Part shown: positions 52,005-63,850 of the stretch, piece after piece
How positions within the stretch are numbered: position 1 is the first letter of the stretch
Layout of the letters: each line of letters begins with the position of its first letter
Origin: Leucoraja ocellata
Lineage: Eukaryota
Reading direction: 5' to 3'
Assembly: GCA_036785375.1 (NCBI GenBank)
Contig: JAWMAR010001196.1
Span: forward strand, 248,151 to 312,000
Length of the DNA stretch: 63,850 bases
The notes under the pieces: generated by a model
Told to the model about the DNA's origin: nothing
The model's database searches: none
The model's input: the letters and a program-made list of their open reading frames with translations, nothing else
Position numbers and translations under genes: made by a program

Positions 52005-52411
52005 TTTATCCGTTACTATGTTTGTTTCATATGTGCTGAGAAGAAACAAACTGAGACCAAGTACCTGCTGTTGATTAGAAAATACAGTTCGATGCATCGC
52101 AGATCAAGGACCACAAACAATCTCAAACAATTAGAAAGCATAGTGAAAGCAAATTGATGCACAATGTTCCACTAATTTGGAACTAAACCGCATCCACTTC
52201 ATAGTCAAAGGATCGAAAGTCATAGCACATAAGGCGTTTAAATCGGCAATCTCACTGCAGCAAAATCACATAACATTCTAAAGCAACATCGATCCAACAT
52301 TGCAATGAATGGGTAATTAATGTAGAAGAACAATTTAATATAATTATTGGAAATATAGGTTAAAATTACAACTGGATACATCTAGAGACTGAATAGGATG
52401 AAGTTTCTTAC

Positions 52412-52459
52412 CGCTGGTTACCGTCACCATGCTGCCTCCTCCCCAGTATTCAAGATAGT
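52412..52459 (-). CDS. IGHJ: JH segment (YLEYWGGGSMVTVTS)
   Basis: WGXG motif, VTVTS end, GTAAG phase-1 donor at 52411. Confidence 0.95.
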
Positions 52460-52498
52460 CACGGTGTTACATTCTATGGGGTTCTTCACACAATAACA
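52460..52498 (+). promoter_or_regulatory. J 5' RSS, 23-bp spacer
   Basis: CACGGTG (52460-52466), 23 nt, ACAATAACA (52490-52498). Confidence 0.9.
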
Positions 52499-52826
52499 TG
52501 ATCTGCACAAGGCAGGCAAAAAAAGAACAAAAATACTGTAATTATTCGTATTTCACATCTAAAGCAAATGCCTTATTGCTCTTTGAAAACAATGAATGCA
52601 TTAAAAAAATAATTTCCAACAATAATCACATACCACGGCCCCGTGTATTAAACAGGGCAGTGAAATGTGATAAGAATCATCTACATATAAAATATAAATT
52701 AACTCAAGTTACCTCTACAATAAAATATGCGGAAATATTCCGGGACATGTTAATGCTCCTGTTGTATGAAATATTCAATTGAAAATATCATATACTGGCC
52801 CAGATCACAGTATTATGGGTTGTGGA

Positions 52827-52894
52827 TGTTTTTGTATTGGTAGGAACCGCTGTGCCATATAGTATACACAGTGAAACATGCCATGTCAAATACT
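52827..52894 (-). other. D2 diversity segment (TATACTATATGG, 52855-52866) with a 12-RSS on both sides
   Basis: Plus-strand CACAGTG-12-TCAAATACT (52867-52894); minus-strand CACAGCG-12-ACAAAAACA (52854-52827); all 3 frames open. Confidence 0.92.
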
Positions 52895-53146
52895 TCGCTC
52901 TTCAAGAACTGATGCATGTACAGCTAACAGAGGATGGATGTCCCAGGGGACTCTTCGCTGTCACTTGTAAAGCTAAACGCTGTTCTTCTAAAGCTCATAT
53001 AAAATAACGTTAATTGGTCGGAAGACATTTGGACATTTCTCAAAACAATCCATGTAACTTTAAGTGGTGAAAATTCATTAGAATTTGCTTCACACGGCCT
53101 CTCCCCCGGTGCTTGTAGGTTGGAGCAGGATAAAACTAGGTGCCCA

Positions 53147-53225
53147 GGTTTTTGTACGAGGAAGTCGCTGTTTGCAGCACCGTGACCCCCTGTTGTACAC
53201 AGTGAGACAGACCCGCACAAAAACC
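53147..53225 (-). other. D1 diversity segment (TACAACAGGGGGT, 53185-53197) with 5' 12-RSS and 3' 22-RSS
   Basis: Plus-strand CACAGTG-12-ACAAAAACC (53198-53225); minus-strand CACGGTG-22-ACAAAAACC (53184-53147); matches the 12-D1-22 layout of elasmobranch IgM clusters; all 3 frames open. Confidence 0.94.
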
Positions 53226-53562
53226 TCACATACAGTTCACACTCAGGTTTCATTTGAAACACGATTTTAAATGGTCCAGCAGTTCACAGAGAACACAGTA
53301 AACCAACATAACACCAACAATCTCCCTTCGTCTCACTTGCGTTATGGAATGAGTATATTTTCGTGGTCTATGATTTTTACACAACGCTATCGGTATGCGT
53401 GAAGCGAATTTAAAAAAACCCATACATTTGGTTACATTTTTGAATATCGTGTTGGATTTGCGAATGGTAGTTTGCCTCCATTTCCCGACTGTTATTATAG
53501 CTGTTGAAATAATTGCTCACCTCTAGTCTTTGATGGTAAAAGCTGGACTTCCCAACCGTTGC

Positions 53563-53601
53563 CGTTGTTGTACGGGTCTGACACTGAATGCTCACACTGT
53601 G
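53563..53601 (-). promoter_or_regulatory. V 3' recombination signal sequence, 23-bp spacer
   Basis: CACAGTG (53601-53595), 23 nt, ACAACAACG (53571-53563; 2 mismatches to ACAAAAACC). Confidence 0.93.
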
Positions 53602-53908
53602 TCTGCCGCACAGTAATAGACAGCGGTGTCTTCGATCTTCAGGTTCCTGGCGACCACGGTGAACATATTATTCGAATTGTCTTTGGACGGAGTAAATCGG
53701 CTCTCGATCCCCGGAGCGAAGTAGTCGGTGTGAGACGGCGACCGGTAAGCAAGCAGCCACTCCAGCCCCTGCCCGGGGACCTGACGGACCAAATGCATAT
53801 AGTAGCTGCTAAGAGTGAACCCGCTGGTTTTACAGTTCAGTGTGATGGAGCCTCCAGGAACGGCGGTCCCTGTCTTGGGCTGAGTGAGAACGATCTCGGA
53901 ATGGACAC
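53602..53908 (-). CDS. IGHV: VH gene segment, germline/unrearranged ([98 protein letters not shown])
   Basis: Acceptor tttaacttgcag; open frame with both V-domain Cys, GQGLEW and DTAVYYC motifs; followed directly by an RSS. Confidence 0.96.
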
Positions 53909-54081
53909 CTGCAAGTTAAAAAAAGGCATGAATGGCGAGGATAAAATATTGACCATGAATCCCCCACTCTAATTATCAATAGGAAATACATTGGGAGGGT
54001 TCTAGAGTGGGTAGAAGGGGAATGGTGTAGGGGATATAGCACTGCGAAACGCGTGAGGAATTTGTCCAACTCATTACTCAC

Positions 54082-54127
54082 GGACTATTAACGCCAGGAA
54101 CAGACTGAGTGAAACCGCCGACATCAT
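54082..54127 (-). CDS. IGHV: IgM heavy-chain leader exon (MMSAVSLSLFLALIV + phase-1 base)
   Basis: 46-nt exon from ATG to a GTGAGT donor; hydrophobic signal peptide; splices in frame to the V exon to give ...LIVRVHS|EIVLTQ. Confidence 0.92.
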
Positions 54128-54219
54128 CCCGCTGGGAAGTGTGACCCGGTTGTTTCTGTACAGAACCTCGCAACAAACCCACTGCAAGGAAGTTGGACTT
54201 CGGCCCCTCTTAGAGAGAA

Positions 54220-54226
54220 TTAAATA
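54220..54226 (-). promoter_or_regulatory. Candidate TATA-like box (TATTTAA) of the VH promoter
   Basis: About 93 nt upstream of the leader ATG; position only. Confidence 0.4.
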
Positions 54227-55024
54227 CCCGGCAAAAGTGGGTGCGGCTGTGGGTGGGACCAGTAGTGCAGCGGGCGGAGCTGAGACACGGCTCCAAACTC
54301 AACAGCGAGATGGACTCACGATATCACATCTATTAACTGATACACATGCACACGAGGTTAATAAAACAGCGTGCTATTCCGCCCCTTACACAATATAAAC
54401 TCACGGTATAGTTGTAAATAAGATGAATAAGATGGTTGAAAGATTGGTCTCATCGTGCAGTTTTTCGTAAAATATGTTCGGAATTCCTCAAATTTATATT
54501 AAAATGCTTCGTGGTGTGCGTGTGCTTGCGTGTGTGAGAGGGAGAGAGAGGAGAGAGGANNNNNNNNNNNNNNNNNNNNNNNNNNNNNNNNNNNNNNNNN
54601 NNNNNNNNNNNNNNNNNNNNNNNNNNNNNNNNNNNNNNNNNNNNNNNNNNNNNNNNNNNNNNNNNNNNNNNNNNNNNNNNNNNNNNNNNNNNNNNNNNNN
54701 NNNNNNNNNNNNNNNNNNNNNNNNNNNNNNNNNNNNNNNNNNNNNNNNNNNGATAGGTAGACATAAAATGCTGGAGAAACTCAGCCGGGACAGGCAGCAT
54801 CTCTGGAGAGAAGGAATGTGTGACGTTTTGGGTCGAGAGCCTTCTTCAGACCTCCAGAGACACTGCCTGTCCCGCTGAGTTACTCCAGCATTTTGTGTCT
54901 AGCTTCATTTAAAGCAGCATCTGCAGTTCTTTCCTACACATTCGTTGTTATCAATATGAGCCGTTCGAACAATATTGGGACTGTCCATTCCAATATCAAG
55001 ATACATTTATTTGTCACATTATCC

Positions 55025-55320
55025 TTAAACTGTGACCCCTTGTCCTGGACTTCCCCAACATTGGGAATAATCTTCCTGCATCTAGCCTGTCCAACCCCTT
55101 AAGAATTTTGTAAGTTTCTATAAGATCCCCCCACAATCTTCTAAATTTTAGCGAGTACAAGCCGAGTCTATCCAGTCTTTCTTCATATGATAGTCCTCAC
55201 ATCCCAGGAATCAGTCTGGTGAACCTTCTCTGCACACCCTCTATGGCAAGAATGTCTTTCCTCAGATTTGGAGACCAAAACTGTACGCAATACTCCAGGT
55301 GTGGTCTCACCAAGACCCTG
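55025..55320 (-). mobile_element. CR1 fragment
   Basis: Reverse complement of the [10 protein letters not shown] region. Confidence 0.8.
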
Positions 55321-55439
55321 TTGAATGAAGGCACATTCTAACCAATCAATCAATGAGCATATTTGTTGGATAGTGTTTCAATGGACTGGTAGGGCGGATG
55401 GTGTAGAAAAATCTAATAGAGATATCTGAAGAGATATCA

Positions 55440-56390
55440 CTGTACTCACTCTATACTCATGACTGCGTAGCCGGTCACAGTGCCAACTCCATCATCAAAT
55501 TCACTGACGACACCACTGTTGTGGGACGTATCACTGATGGGGATGAGTCAGAGTATAGAAGAGAGATCGAGCAACTGTCCATATGGTGCCAGCACAATAA
55601 CCTGGCCCTCAACACCAGCAAAACCAAGGAATTGATTGTGGACTTTAGAAGTAGTAGGATGGGACCCACAGTCCTGTTTATATCAACGGGTCAATGGTTG
55701 AAAGGGTCAAGAGCTTCAAATTCCTGGGCATGCACATCTCTGAAGATCTTTCCTGGTCCGAGAACACTGATGCAATTATTAAGAAAGCACATCAGCGCCT
55801 CTACTTCCTGAGAAGATTATGGATAGTCAGTTTGTCAAGTGGGCTCTCTCTAACTTCTACAGGTGCACAGTAAAGAGCATGCTGACCGGTTGCATCGTGG
55901 CTTGGTTCGGCAATTTGAGCGCCCTGGAGAGGAAAAGACTACAAAAAGTAGTAAACACTGCCCAGTCCATCATCGGCTCTGATCTTCCTTCCATCGAGGG
56001 GATCTATCGCAGTCGCTGCCTCAAAAAGGCTGGCAGCATCATCAAGGACCCACACCATCCTGGTCACACACTCATCTCCCTGCTACCTTCAGGTACAAGG
56101 TGTAGGAGCCTGAAGACTGCAACAACCAAGTTCAGGAATAGCTACTTCCCCACAGCCATCAGGCTATTAAACCTGGCTCGGACAAAACTCTGAACATTAA
56201 TAGCACATTATTTGTTATTTGCACTTCATCAGTTTATTTATTCATGTGTGTATATATTTATATCATGGTATATGGACACACTGATCTGTTTTGTAGTAAA
56301 TGCCTACTATGTTCTGTTGTACTGAAGCAAAGCAAGAATTTCATTGTCCTATCAGGGACACATGACAATAAACTCTCTTGAATCTGGAAT
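55440..56390 (+). mobile_element. Rex1/Babar 3' half, degenerate
   Basis: LALNTSKTKELIVDFR, IIKDPHHPGH motifs. Confidence 0.85.
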
Positions 56391-56529
56391 CTTGAGTTAT
56401 CTGAGGAGATAGATAGAAACAGTAGTTACCCGATTTGTGAGGAAAACATGAGGAGTATTGAAAATTTGAATGTGCATACGGACAATTATAGTTTACTGCA
56501 CTCCAACATAGTATTCTTCTTAAACTTAT

Positions 56530-57855
56530 AGCACACGGTATTGGGGGATCAGTATTGATGTGGATAGAGAACTGGCTGGCAGACAGGAAGCAAAGAGTAG
56601 GAGTAAACGGGTCCTTTTCACAATGGTAGGCAGTGACTAGTGGGGTACCGCAAGGCTCAGTGCTGGGACCTCAGCTATTTACAATATATATTAAAGATTT
56701 GGACGAGGGAATTGAATGCAATCTCCAAGTTTGCGGATGACACAAAGCTGGGGGGCAGCGTGAGCCCCCCAGCTTCCACAGTTTAAGGATAAGGGGGAAA
56801 TTATTATTTAAATGGTGGCCGATTAGGAAAAGGGGAGTTGCAACGAGACCTGGGTGTCATGGTACACCAGTTATTGAAAGTAGGCATGCAGGTGCAGCAG
56901 GCAGTGAAGAAAGCGAATGGTATGTTAACATTCATAGCAAAAGGATTTGAGTATAGGAGCAGGGATGTTCTACTCCAGTTGTACAGGGTCTTGGTGAGAC
57001 CACAACTGGAATATTGCGTTCAGTTTTGGTCTCCTAATCTGAGGAAAGACATTCTTGCCATAGAGGGAGTACAGAGAAGGTTCACCAGACTGATTCCTGG
57101 GATGTCAGGACTTTCATATGAAGAGAGACTGGATAGACTCGGCTTGTATTCGCTAGAATTTAGAAGATTGAAGAGGGATCTTATAGAAACTTACAAAATT
57201 CTTAAGGGGTTGGACAGGCTAGATGCAGGAAGAATGTTCCCGATGTTGGGGAAATCCAGGACAAGGGGTCACAGTTTAAGGATAAAGGTGAAATCCTTTA
57301 GAACCGAGATGAGAAAAAAAATTTTCACACAGAGAGTGGTGAATCTCTGGAATTCTCTGCCACAGAAGATAGTTGAGGCCAGTTCATTGGCTATATTTAC
57401 GAGGGAGTTAGATGTGGCCCTTGTGGTTAAAGGTATCAGGGGGTATGGAGAGAAGGCAGGTATAGGATACTGAATTGGATGATCAGCCATGATCATATTG
57501 AATGGCGGTGCAGGCTCGAAGGGCCGAATGGCCTACTCCTGCACCTATTTCCTATGTTTCTATGTTTCTAAATCTTTTAGGACCGAGACGAGAAAAATAT
57601 TTTTCACACGGTGGTGAATCTCTGGAATTCTCTGCCACAGCAGATAGTTGAGGCCAGTTCATTGGCTATATTTAAGAGGGAGTTAGATGTGGCCCTTGTG
57701 GCTAAAGGGATCAGGGGGTATGGAGAGAAGGCAGGTACAGGATACTGAGACATGGATGATCAGCCATGATCATATTGAATGGCGGTGCAGGCTCGAAGGG
57801 CCGAATGGCCTACTCCTGCACCTAATTTCTATTTTCTATGTTTCTATGTTTCTAT
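56530..57855 (+). mobile_element. CR1 3' half with internal rearrangement and tandemly duplicated 3' end
   Basis: RT/C-terminal motifs; 3' end present twice (~57290-57570, ~57570-57855). Confidence 0.88.
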
Positions 57856-58879
57856 GACTTGAATTTTAATTTATCATTGTATTTTCTATGCATCTGTGAA
57901 TTTGTCACGTGTGGCATTCAAATGTATGCATTGATCCCAGCCATTGTTAAAGCAATAAATAAAGGGATATGATACATGTTCGCAGTTAACCTAGGTTTGT
58001 AGAAAATATTATTGACTAACATCATCCATATGCACTTCAACTTTATTTTTACAGGAGAGAATGTTGACAATTTAAAATGTTTCTGATGTCATCTGTTCAG
58101 AGATTTGCATTTCTTTCTCACTTTATCTGTTTCTCGCCTCTGGGGAAATATTGATTCTGTTTCTGTCCTTCAGTAAACAAACCTGGGTTGGGGCTGTTGA
58201 AATCAGCGTTTATTTAAATCTGCTCATCTCTGTTTCCAGCCGTTTTTAGACCAACACAAACAAGGCAATGAAGGTATCATTCTCGACGGCGATTATATGT
58301 TTTAATGAAGGTACACAAAATTGTTGGAGAAACTCAGCGGGTGCAGCAGCATCTATGGAGCGAAGAAAATAGGCGACGTTTCGGGCCGAAACCCTTAATG
58401 ATATTGGCAGTTGGCGCAAATCAACTGAATTCTCACAGGGAGTCTATTTTATCATATCTTGTTCAAATAAAATGATGTGATTTTATATTACGGATTCACT
58501 CCAGAATATTAGTTTGCTGTTCACTTGAATCTTCACTTGAAGAAATATCTAAGCACGCGAGGTCAATGGAGGAATCGAGTTCTTTCCACACCTCCACTGT
58601 AGGTNNNNNNNNNNNNNNNNNNNNNNNNNNNNNNNNNNNNNNNNNNNNNNNNNNNNNNNNNNNNNNNNNNNNNNNNNNNNNNNNNNNNNNNNNNNNNNNN
58701 NNNNNNNNNNNNNNNNNNNNNNNNNNNNNNNNNNNNNNNNNNNNNNNNNNNNNNNNNNNNNNNNNNNNNNNNNNNNNNNNNNNNNNNNCGCCATGTACTT
58801 CCAGGCCCAAGTAAGAATGTAATTGTACCGCTTTCAGCACATGAAAATTATACATTCTTGATCCTTGACGCGTCATGTG

Positions 58880-60730
58880 TTAGAAACATAGAGGAAACAT
58901 AGAAACATGGAAAAATATGTGCAGGAGTAGGCCATTCGGCCCTCCGAACAGGAACCACCATTCAACATAATCATGGCTGATCATCTAAATTCAGTACCCC
59001 GTACGTGCTTTTTCCCCATATCCCTTGTTTCCATTTGTCCTAAGAGCTAAATCTAACTCTCTCTTGAAAAGATCCAGAGAATTGGCTCTGCTGCCTTCTG
59101 TGGCAGATAATTCTGCAAATTCACAAGTCCCTGGGTGAATTTTTTTATCCTCATCTCAGTCCTACATGGCCTATCCCTTATTCTTACACCGTGACCTCTG
59201 GTTCTGGGCTCCCCCAACGTCGGGAAAATGTTTCCTGCATCTAGCCCCTCAGTCCCGCCATCCCGGGAATTAACCTGGTGAACCTACTTTGCACTCCCTC
59301 AATAGCAATAATGTCCTTCCTGAAATTTGGAGACCAAAATTGCACACAATACTCCAGGTGTGGTCTCACCTGGGCCCTGTACAACTGCCAGTAGGACCTC
59401 CTTGCTCCAAAACTCAAATCCTCTCGCAATGAAGGCCAACATGCCTTTAGATTTCTTCACTGCCTGCCGTACCTGCATGCTCACTTTCAGGACTGATGTA
59501 CAAGCACACCAGGTCTTGTTGCACCTCCCCTTTTTCAAATCTGACACCATTCAGATAATAAACTGCCTTCCTGTTCTTGCCACCAAAATGGGTAACCTCA
59601 CATGTATCCACATTATACTGCATGCATCTGTCTTATTTTAAGTCACCTTGCAGCCTTATAGCATCCTCATCGCAGCACCCACTGCCACCCAGCTTTGCGT
59701 CATCCGTAAATTTAACTTGGAAATGACACATTTAATTCCCTCGCCTAAATCGTTAATAAATATTGTAAATAACTGGGGTCCCAGCCCCGAGCCTTGCCGC
59801 ACATCATTTGTCACTGCCTGGCATTCTGAAAAGGACCAGTTATGCCTACTCTTTGCTTCCTGTCTGACAACCAGTTCTCTATCCATGTCAATACCCTTCC
59901 CCCATTACCATGTGATCTAATTATGCACACTAATCTCTTGTGTGGGACCTTGTCAAAGGTTTTTTGAAAGTCCAGATACACCACATCTACTGGCCCTTAT
60001 CCATTCTACTTGTTGCTTCCTCAAAAAATTCCAGAAGATTAGTCAAGCATGATTTCCCTTCATAAAGCCATGCAGACTTTGACCAATCCTGTCACTGTTT
60101 TCCAAATGCGCTGCTATAACATCTTTAATAATCGACTCCAGCATCTTCCCCACGACCGATGTATGGCTAAGTGGTCTATAATTCCCCGTTTTCTCTCTCC
60201 CTCCTTTCTTAAAAAGTGGAGTTACAACGGCTGCACTCCAGTCTACAGGAACGGATCCAGTCGGGAGAATATTGGAAAATTATCACCAATGCATTCACGA
60301 TTTCGAGAGCCACCTGCTTGAGTACTCTAGGATGCAGACCATCAGGCCCTGGGGATTTATTTGTCTTCAGCCCCAACAGTTTGCATACACCATTTCCTGA
60401 CTAATGTGGGTTCCCTTCAGTTCCTCCCTCCCACTAAATCCTCGGTCCCCTTGTATTTCTGGGAGATTGTTTGTGTCTTTCTTAGTAAATACTGAACCAA
60501 ATTACTCGTTTAACTGATCTGCCATTTCCTTGCTTTCCATTAGAAATTCACCTGTCTCTGATTGTAAGTGACCCAAGTTTTCTTCACTGATCTTTTCCTT
60601 TTTACATATCTAAAGAAGCTATTGCAGTCAGTTTTTATATTCCCCGCAAGCGTTCTTTCATGCTCTCTTTTCCCGCTCTTAATTAACCCTTATTTCCTAC
60701 CATGTTGAATTCTAAATTTCTCCCAGTCCT
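58880..60730 (-). mobile_element. Degenerate CR1
   Basis: Fragmented RT motifs; tttctatg-type tail near 58890. Confidence 0.85.
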
Positions 60731-61129
60731 CTGGCCAATTTATATAACCTCTTCCCTGGCTGGCTGGATTATGGTGCCATCCTCACCTTGGTGCCATTTA
60801 TGTTATGTTCTGTGTTTGAGCTTTTTTTTAATTCAATTTCAATTTTATTTTTAATATGTTTTATTATTTATTTATTATTTATTTTATTTTTTGTGATTTT
60901 TTTTAATGATACTGCCTGTAAGGGAAATTCATTTCGTTGTCTCAAATTGACAATAAATTTGAATACAATACAATACAATACAATAACACTATCCTTGATT
61001 TCCCTCGTTAGTCACGTTGAGCCGCCTTCCCCATATTGTTTCTTTCTCCAGCCGGGGATGAACACATTTTGGAGTTCAGCCACCATTCAATGATCATCAA
61101 TGATAGGCTGTTTTATACAGTAAATTGCT

Positions 61130-62350
61130 AGATTCTGAAGGACATGGATGTGCTGAGGGATCTTGGAGTCCAAGTTCATAGCTTGCTGCAGTTGGCAGCA
61201 CATGTAGATGGTAAAGTGGATGTATGGTATACTTGCGTTCATTGCTAGGGGTGTTGAGCATAAGGGTCAGGAACATGATGCAGTTCTATATGACTTTGAT
61301 GAGGCAGTAATTGGAGTATTGAGTACAGATCCGATCGCCCCATTAAAGGGAAGAAATTGAGGTTTTGGAGAGGGTACAAAACAGGTTAACCAGAATTATA
61401 CTGCATCTGCCATGCATTTGCCCACTAACCCAGCCTATCCAAGCCACCTTGCAGCCTCCTAGCATCCTCTTAACCAGAATAACCAGAATGCTGCCTGGAT
61501 CAGGCACAGGGAGAGATTGGATACCCGTGGATTGCTTTCTCTGGAATGTTGGAGGTTTGTGGGGGACTTGATAGACGTATATACAATGATGAGAGTCATT
61601 GAAACGGTAGATATTTAGTATCATTTTCAAGGATGGAAATGTCCAACACGAGAAGACGTAGCTATAAGGTGTGAGGGAGAACGTTGAATGCAGACGGGCG
61701 AGGCAAGTATTTTACATGGAAGGTACGGACCAGGAACACATGATGGTGGTGTGGGTGGATATGATAGCGGTGTTTAAGAGGCTCATTGTAGGTACAGGGA
61801 AGTGCAGAGAGTACAAGGATATGGATCAGGACAGGCAGGTCAGTGGGCTTAATGTTCGCTACAAACATTGCATTCTTAAGGTTCCTGATGATTTGTACGA
61901 GGGAATTGAATGCAACATCTCCAAGTTTGCAGATGACACGAAACAGGGGGGCAGTGTTAGCTGTGAGGAGGATGCTAGGAGGCTGCAAGGTGACTTGGAT
62001 AGGCTGGGTGAGTGAACAAATGCATGGCAGGTGCAGTATAATGTGGATAAACGTGAGGTTATCCACTTTGGTGGCAAAAACAGGAAAGTAGACTATTATC
62101 TGAATGGTGGTCGATTAGGAAAAGGGGAGATGCAGCGAGACATGGGTGTCATGGTACACCAGTCATTAAAAGTAGGCATGCAGGTGCAGCAGGCAGTGAA
62201 GAAAGCAAATGGCATGTTAGCATTCATAGCAAAAGGATTTGAGTATGGAAGCAGGGAGGTTCTACTGCAGTTGTACAGGATCTTGGTGAGACCACACCTG
62301 GAGTATTGCGTAAAGTTTTGGTCTCCTAATCTGTGGAAAGACATTCTTGC
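61130..62350 (+). mobile_element. Mosaic of CR1 fragments
   Basis: [17 protein letters not shown] motifs. Confidence 0.8.
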
Positions 62351-62767
62351 CTCACATGAGGTTCAAACGAAATGTAGTTTCTGCAGCCATACAATAAAAG
62401 AACCAAAACACACACCAACATTATTCACATAACCATCCATCACAGTGGCTCTCCTCCTCACTGTGATGGAAGGCAAAGTTCTTGTCTCTCCCCTGCATTC
62501 CATTTCCCTCCCGAAGTCGAGGTCAAAGCCCCCGGCGGGCGCTAGTCCGCGGCAAATTAAGGCCGCGCCGGGCGTTGTAGGGCTCCAGGTCACTCTCAAC
62601 CCCGCAATTCGGGCGGGAGAAGTCGCCGCTGCCGGTGCCCCGCAAAGCAGCCTCCCACCGGGGATCCGCGAGCTCCCGGTGTCACCATCCACCGGAGCCG
62701 GGCCGCAGCAACGCGCCACCGCCGCTCTCCATGCCCCGAAGACGGCCAGCTCCACGGAGGTAAGTCC

Positions 62768-63130
62768 GCAGCAGCTCCACAGCAGCTCCACAACAGCTCC
62801 ACAGCTCCACAGGCTCCGCGGCTCCACAGCAGCTCCACAACAGCTCCACAGCTCCACAGCTCCACAACAGCTCCACAGCTCCACAGGCTCCGCGGCTCCA
62901 CAGCAGCTCCACAACAGCTCCACAGCTCCACAGGCTCCGCGGATCCACAGCAGCTCCACAACAGCTCCACAACAGCTCCACAGCAGCTCCACAACAGCTC
63001 CACAACAGCTCCACAGCTCCACAGGCTCCGCGGCTCCACAGCGGCTCCACAGCAGCTCCGCGGCTCCACAGCAGCTCCACAGCTCCACAGCAGCTCCGCG
63101 GCTCCACAGCAGCTCCACAGCAGCTCCACA
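62768..63130. repeat. GC-rich (CAGCTCCA/CAA/CGG) minisatellite inside an unclassified GC-rich insertion (~62351-63370)
   Basis: Direct reading. Confidence 0.85.
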
Positions 63131-63534
63131 GGCGCCGTGACTTGAGCCTCCAGGTCGTTCCGGTGGAGGCCGCTCCACGGCGCTAGGCCCCAACGGCAAC
63201 GGAGACCCGACAGGGAAAAGGTCGGGTCTCCATGCAGGGAAGAGATTAAAAGTTTCCCCACCCATCCCCCACCCCCCACACATACACATTAAAAAAAAAA
63301 CAAAAAAAAACGCTAAACCGCTACAACTAAACCCTCAACAGGACAAAAAAAAAAAAAAAAAACACGGACAGACTGCAGAGGCCGCTGCGACACCGGTCGC
63401 GCCGCCCACATCAAGGAGTACGGGGAATGAGAGGAAAGGTGATGAGGATTCTTAGACGGCATCCGCCGTGATCTTATGGAAGAGCGAAGTGACCCTGAAT
63501 GATGGGATAGCAACTTTCTGCAATGTTTCTCGAT

Positions 63535-63850
63535 TGACAATAGACAATAGGTGCAGGAGTAGGCCATTCGGCCCTTCGAACCAGCACCGCCATTCAATGT
63601 GATTATGGCTGATCATCCCCAATCAGTACTCCGTTCCTGCCTTCTCCCCATATCCCCTGACTCCGCTATCTTTAAGAGCTCTATCTAACTCTTTCTTGAA
63701 AGCATCCAGAAAATTTGCCTCCACTGACTTATGAGGTAGAAAATTTCACAAATTCACAACTCTCTGGGTGAAAAGGTTTTTCCTCGTCTCCGTTCTAAAT
63801 GGCCTACCCCTTATTCTTAATATGTGCCCCCTGGTTCTAGACTCCCCCAA
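63535..63850 (-). mobile_element. CR1 3' end running off the window
   Basis: cctattgtctattg tail and CR1 3' UTR. Confidence 0.85.

Noticed and set aside
52806-52812. Extra CACAGTA near D2 suggesting a third D
   Set aside because: No correctly oriented nonamer or paired RSS
38462-54127. Alternative calls IgW, IgNAR or germline-joined IgM
   Set aside because: Four C exons with a mu-type tailpiece and TM/KVK, two D segments, and all RSS intact and unjoined
62363-63289. 200-300 aa low-complexity ORFs
   Set aside because: Products of the GC-rich minisatellite, open in several frames on both strands

Overview
Eukaryotic (cartilaginous-fish, most likely skate/ray) genomic DNA containing one complete, germline-unrearranged immunoglobulin mu heavy-chain cluster on the minus strand: leader (54082-54127), VH (53602-53908), D1 (53185-53197), D2 (52855-52866), JH (52412-52459) with 23 / 12-22 / 12-12 / 23 RSS spacers, then Cmu1 (47879-48175), Cmu2, Cmu3, Cmu4+secretory tailpiece, TM1 and TM2 (38462). 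About 30 kb further downstream, in the same orientation, is a second near-identical but distinct copy of Cmu2-Cmu3-Cmu4sec (7894 to 3059) with intact frames and splice sites. I could find no Cmu1, J, D or V for it: its homology stops about 400 bp short of Cmu1, exactly where a 28S rRNA fragment begins. The rest is dense, often nested TE sequence: CR1 LINEs (one near full length), Rex1/Babar, Penelope-like elements with hammerhead-type motifs, V-SINEs, an hAT MITE, an intron-containing DD35E IS630-Tc1-mariner element, a multi-kb satellite grown from a CR1 tail, and several N gaps. Coordinates and difference counts were read by eye; TE boundaries are approximate.
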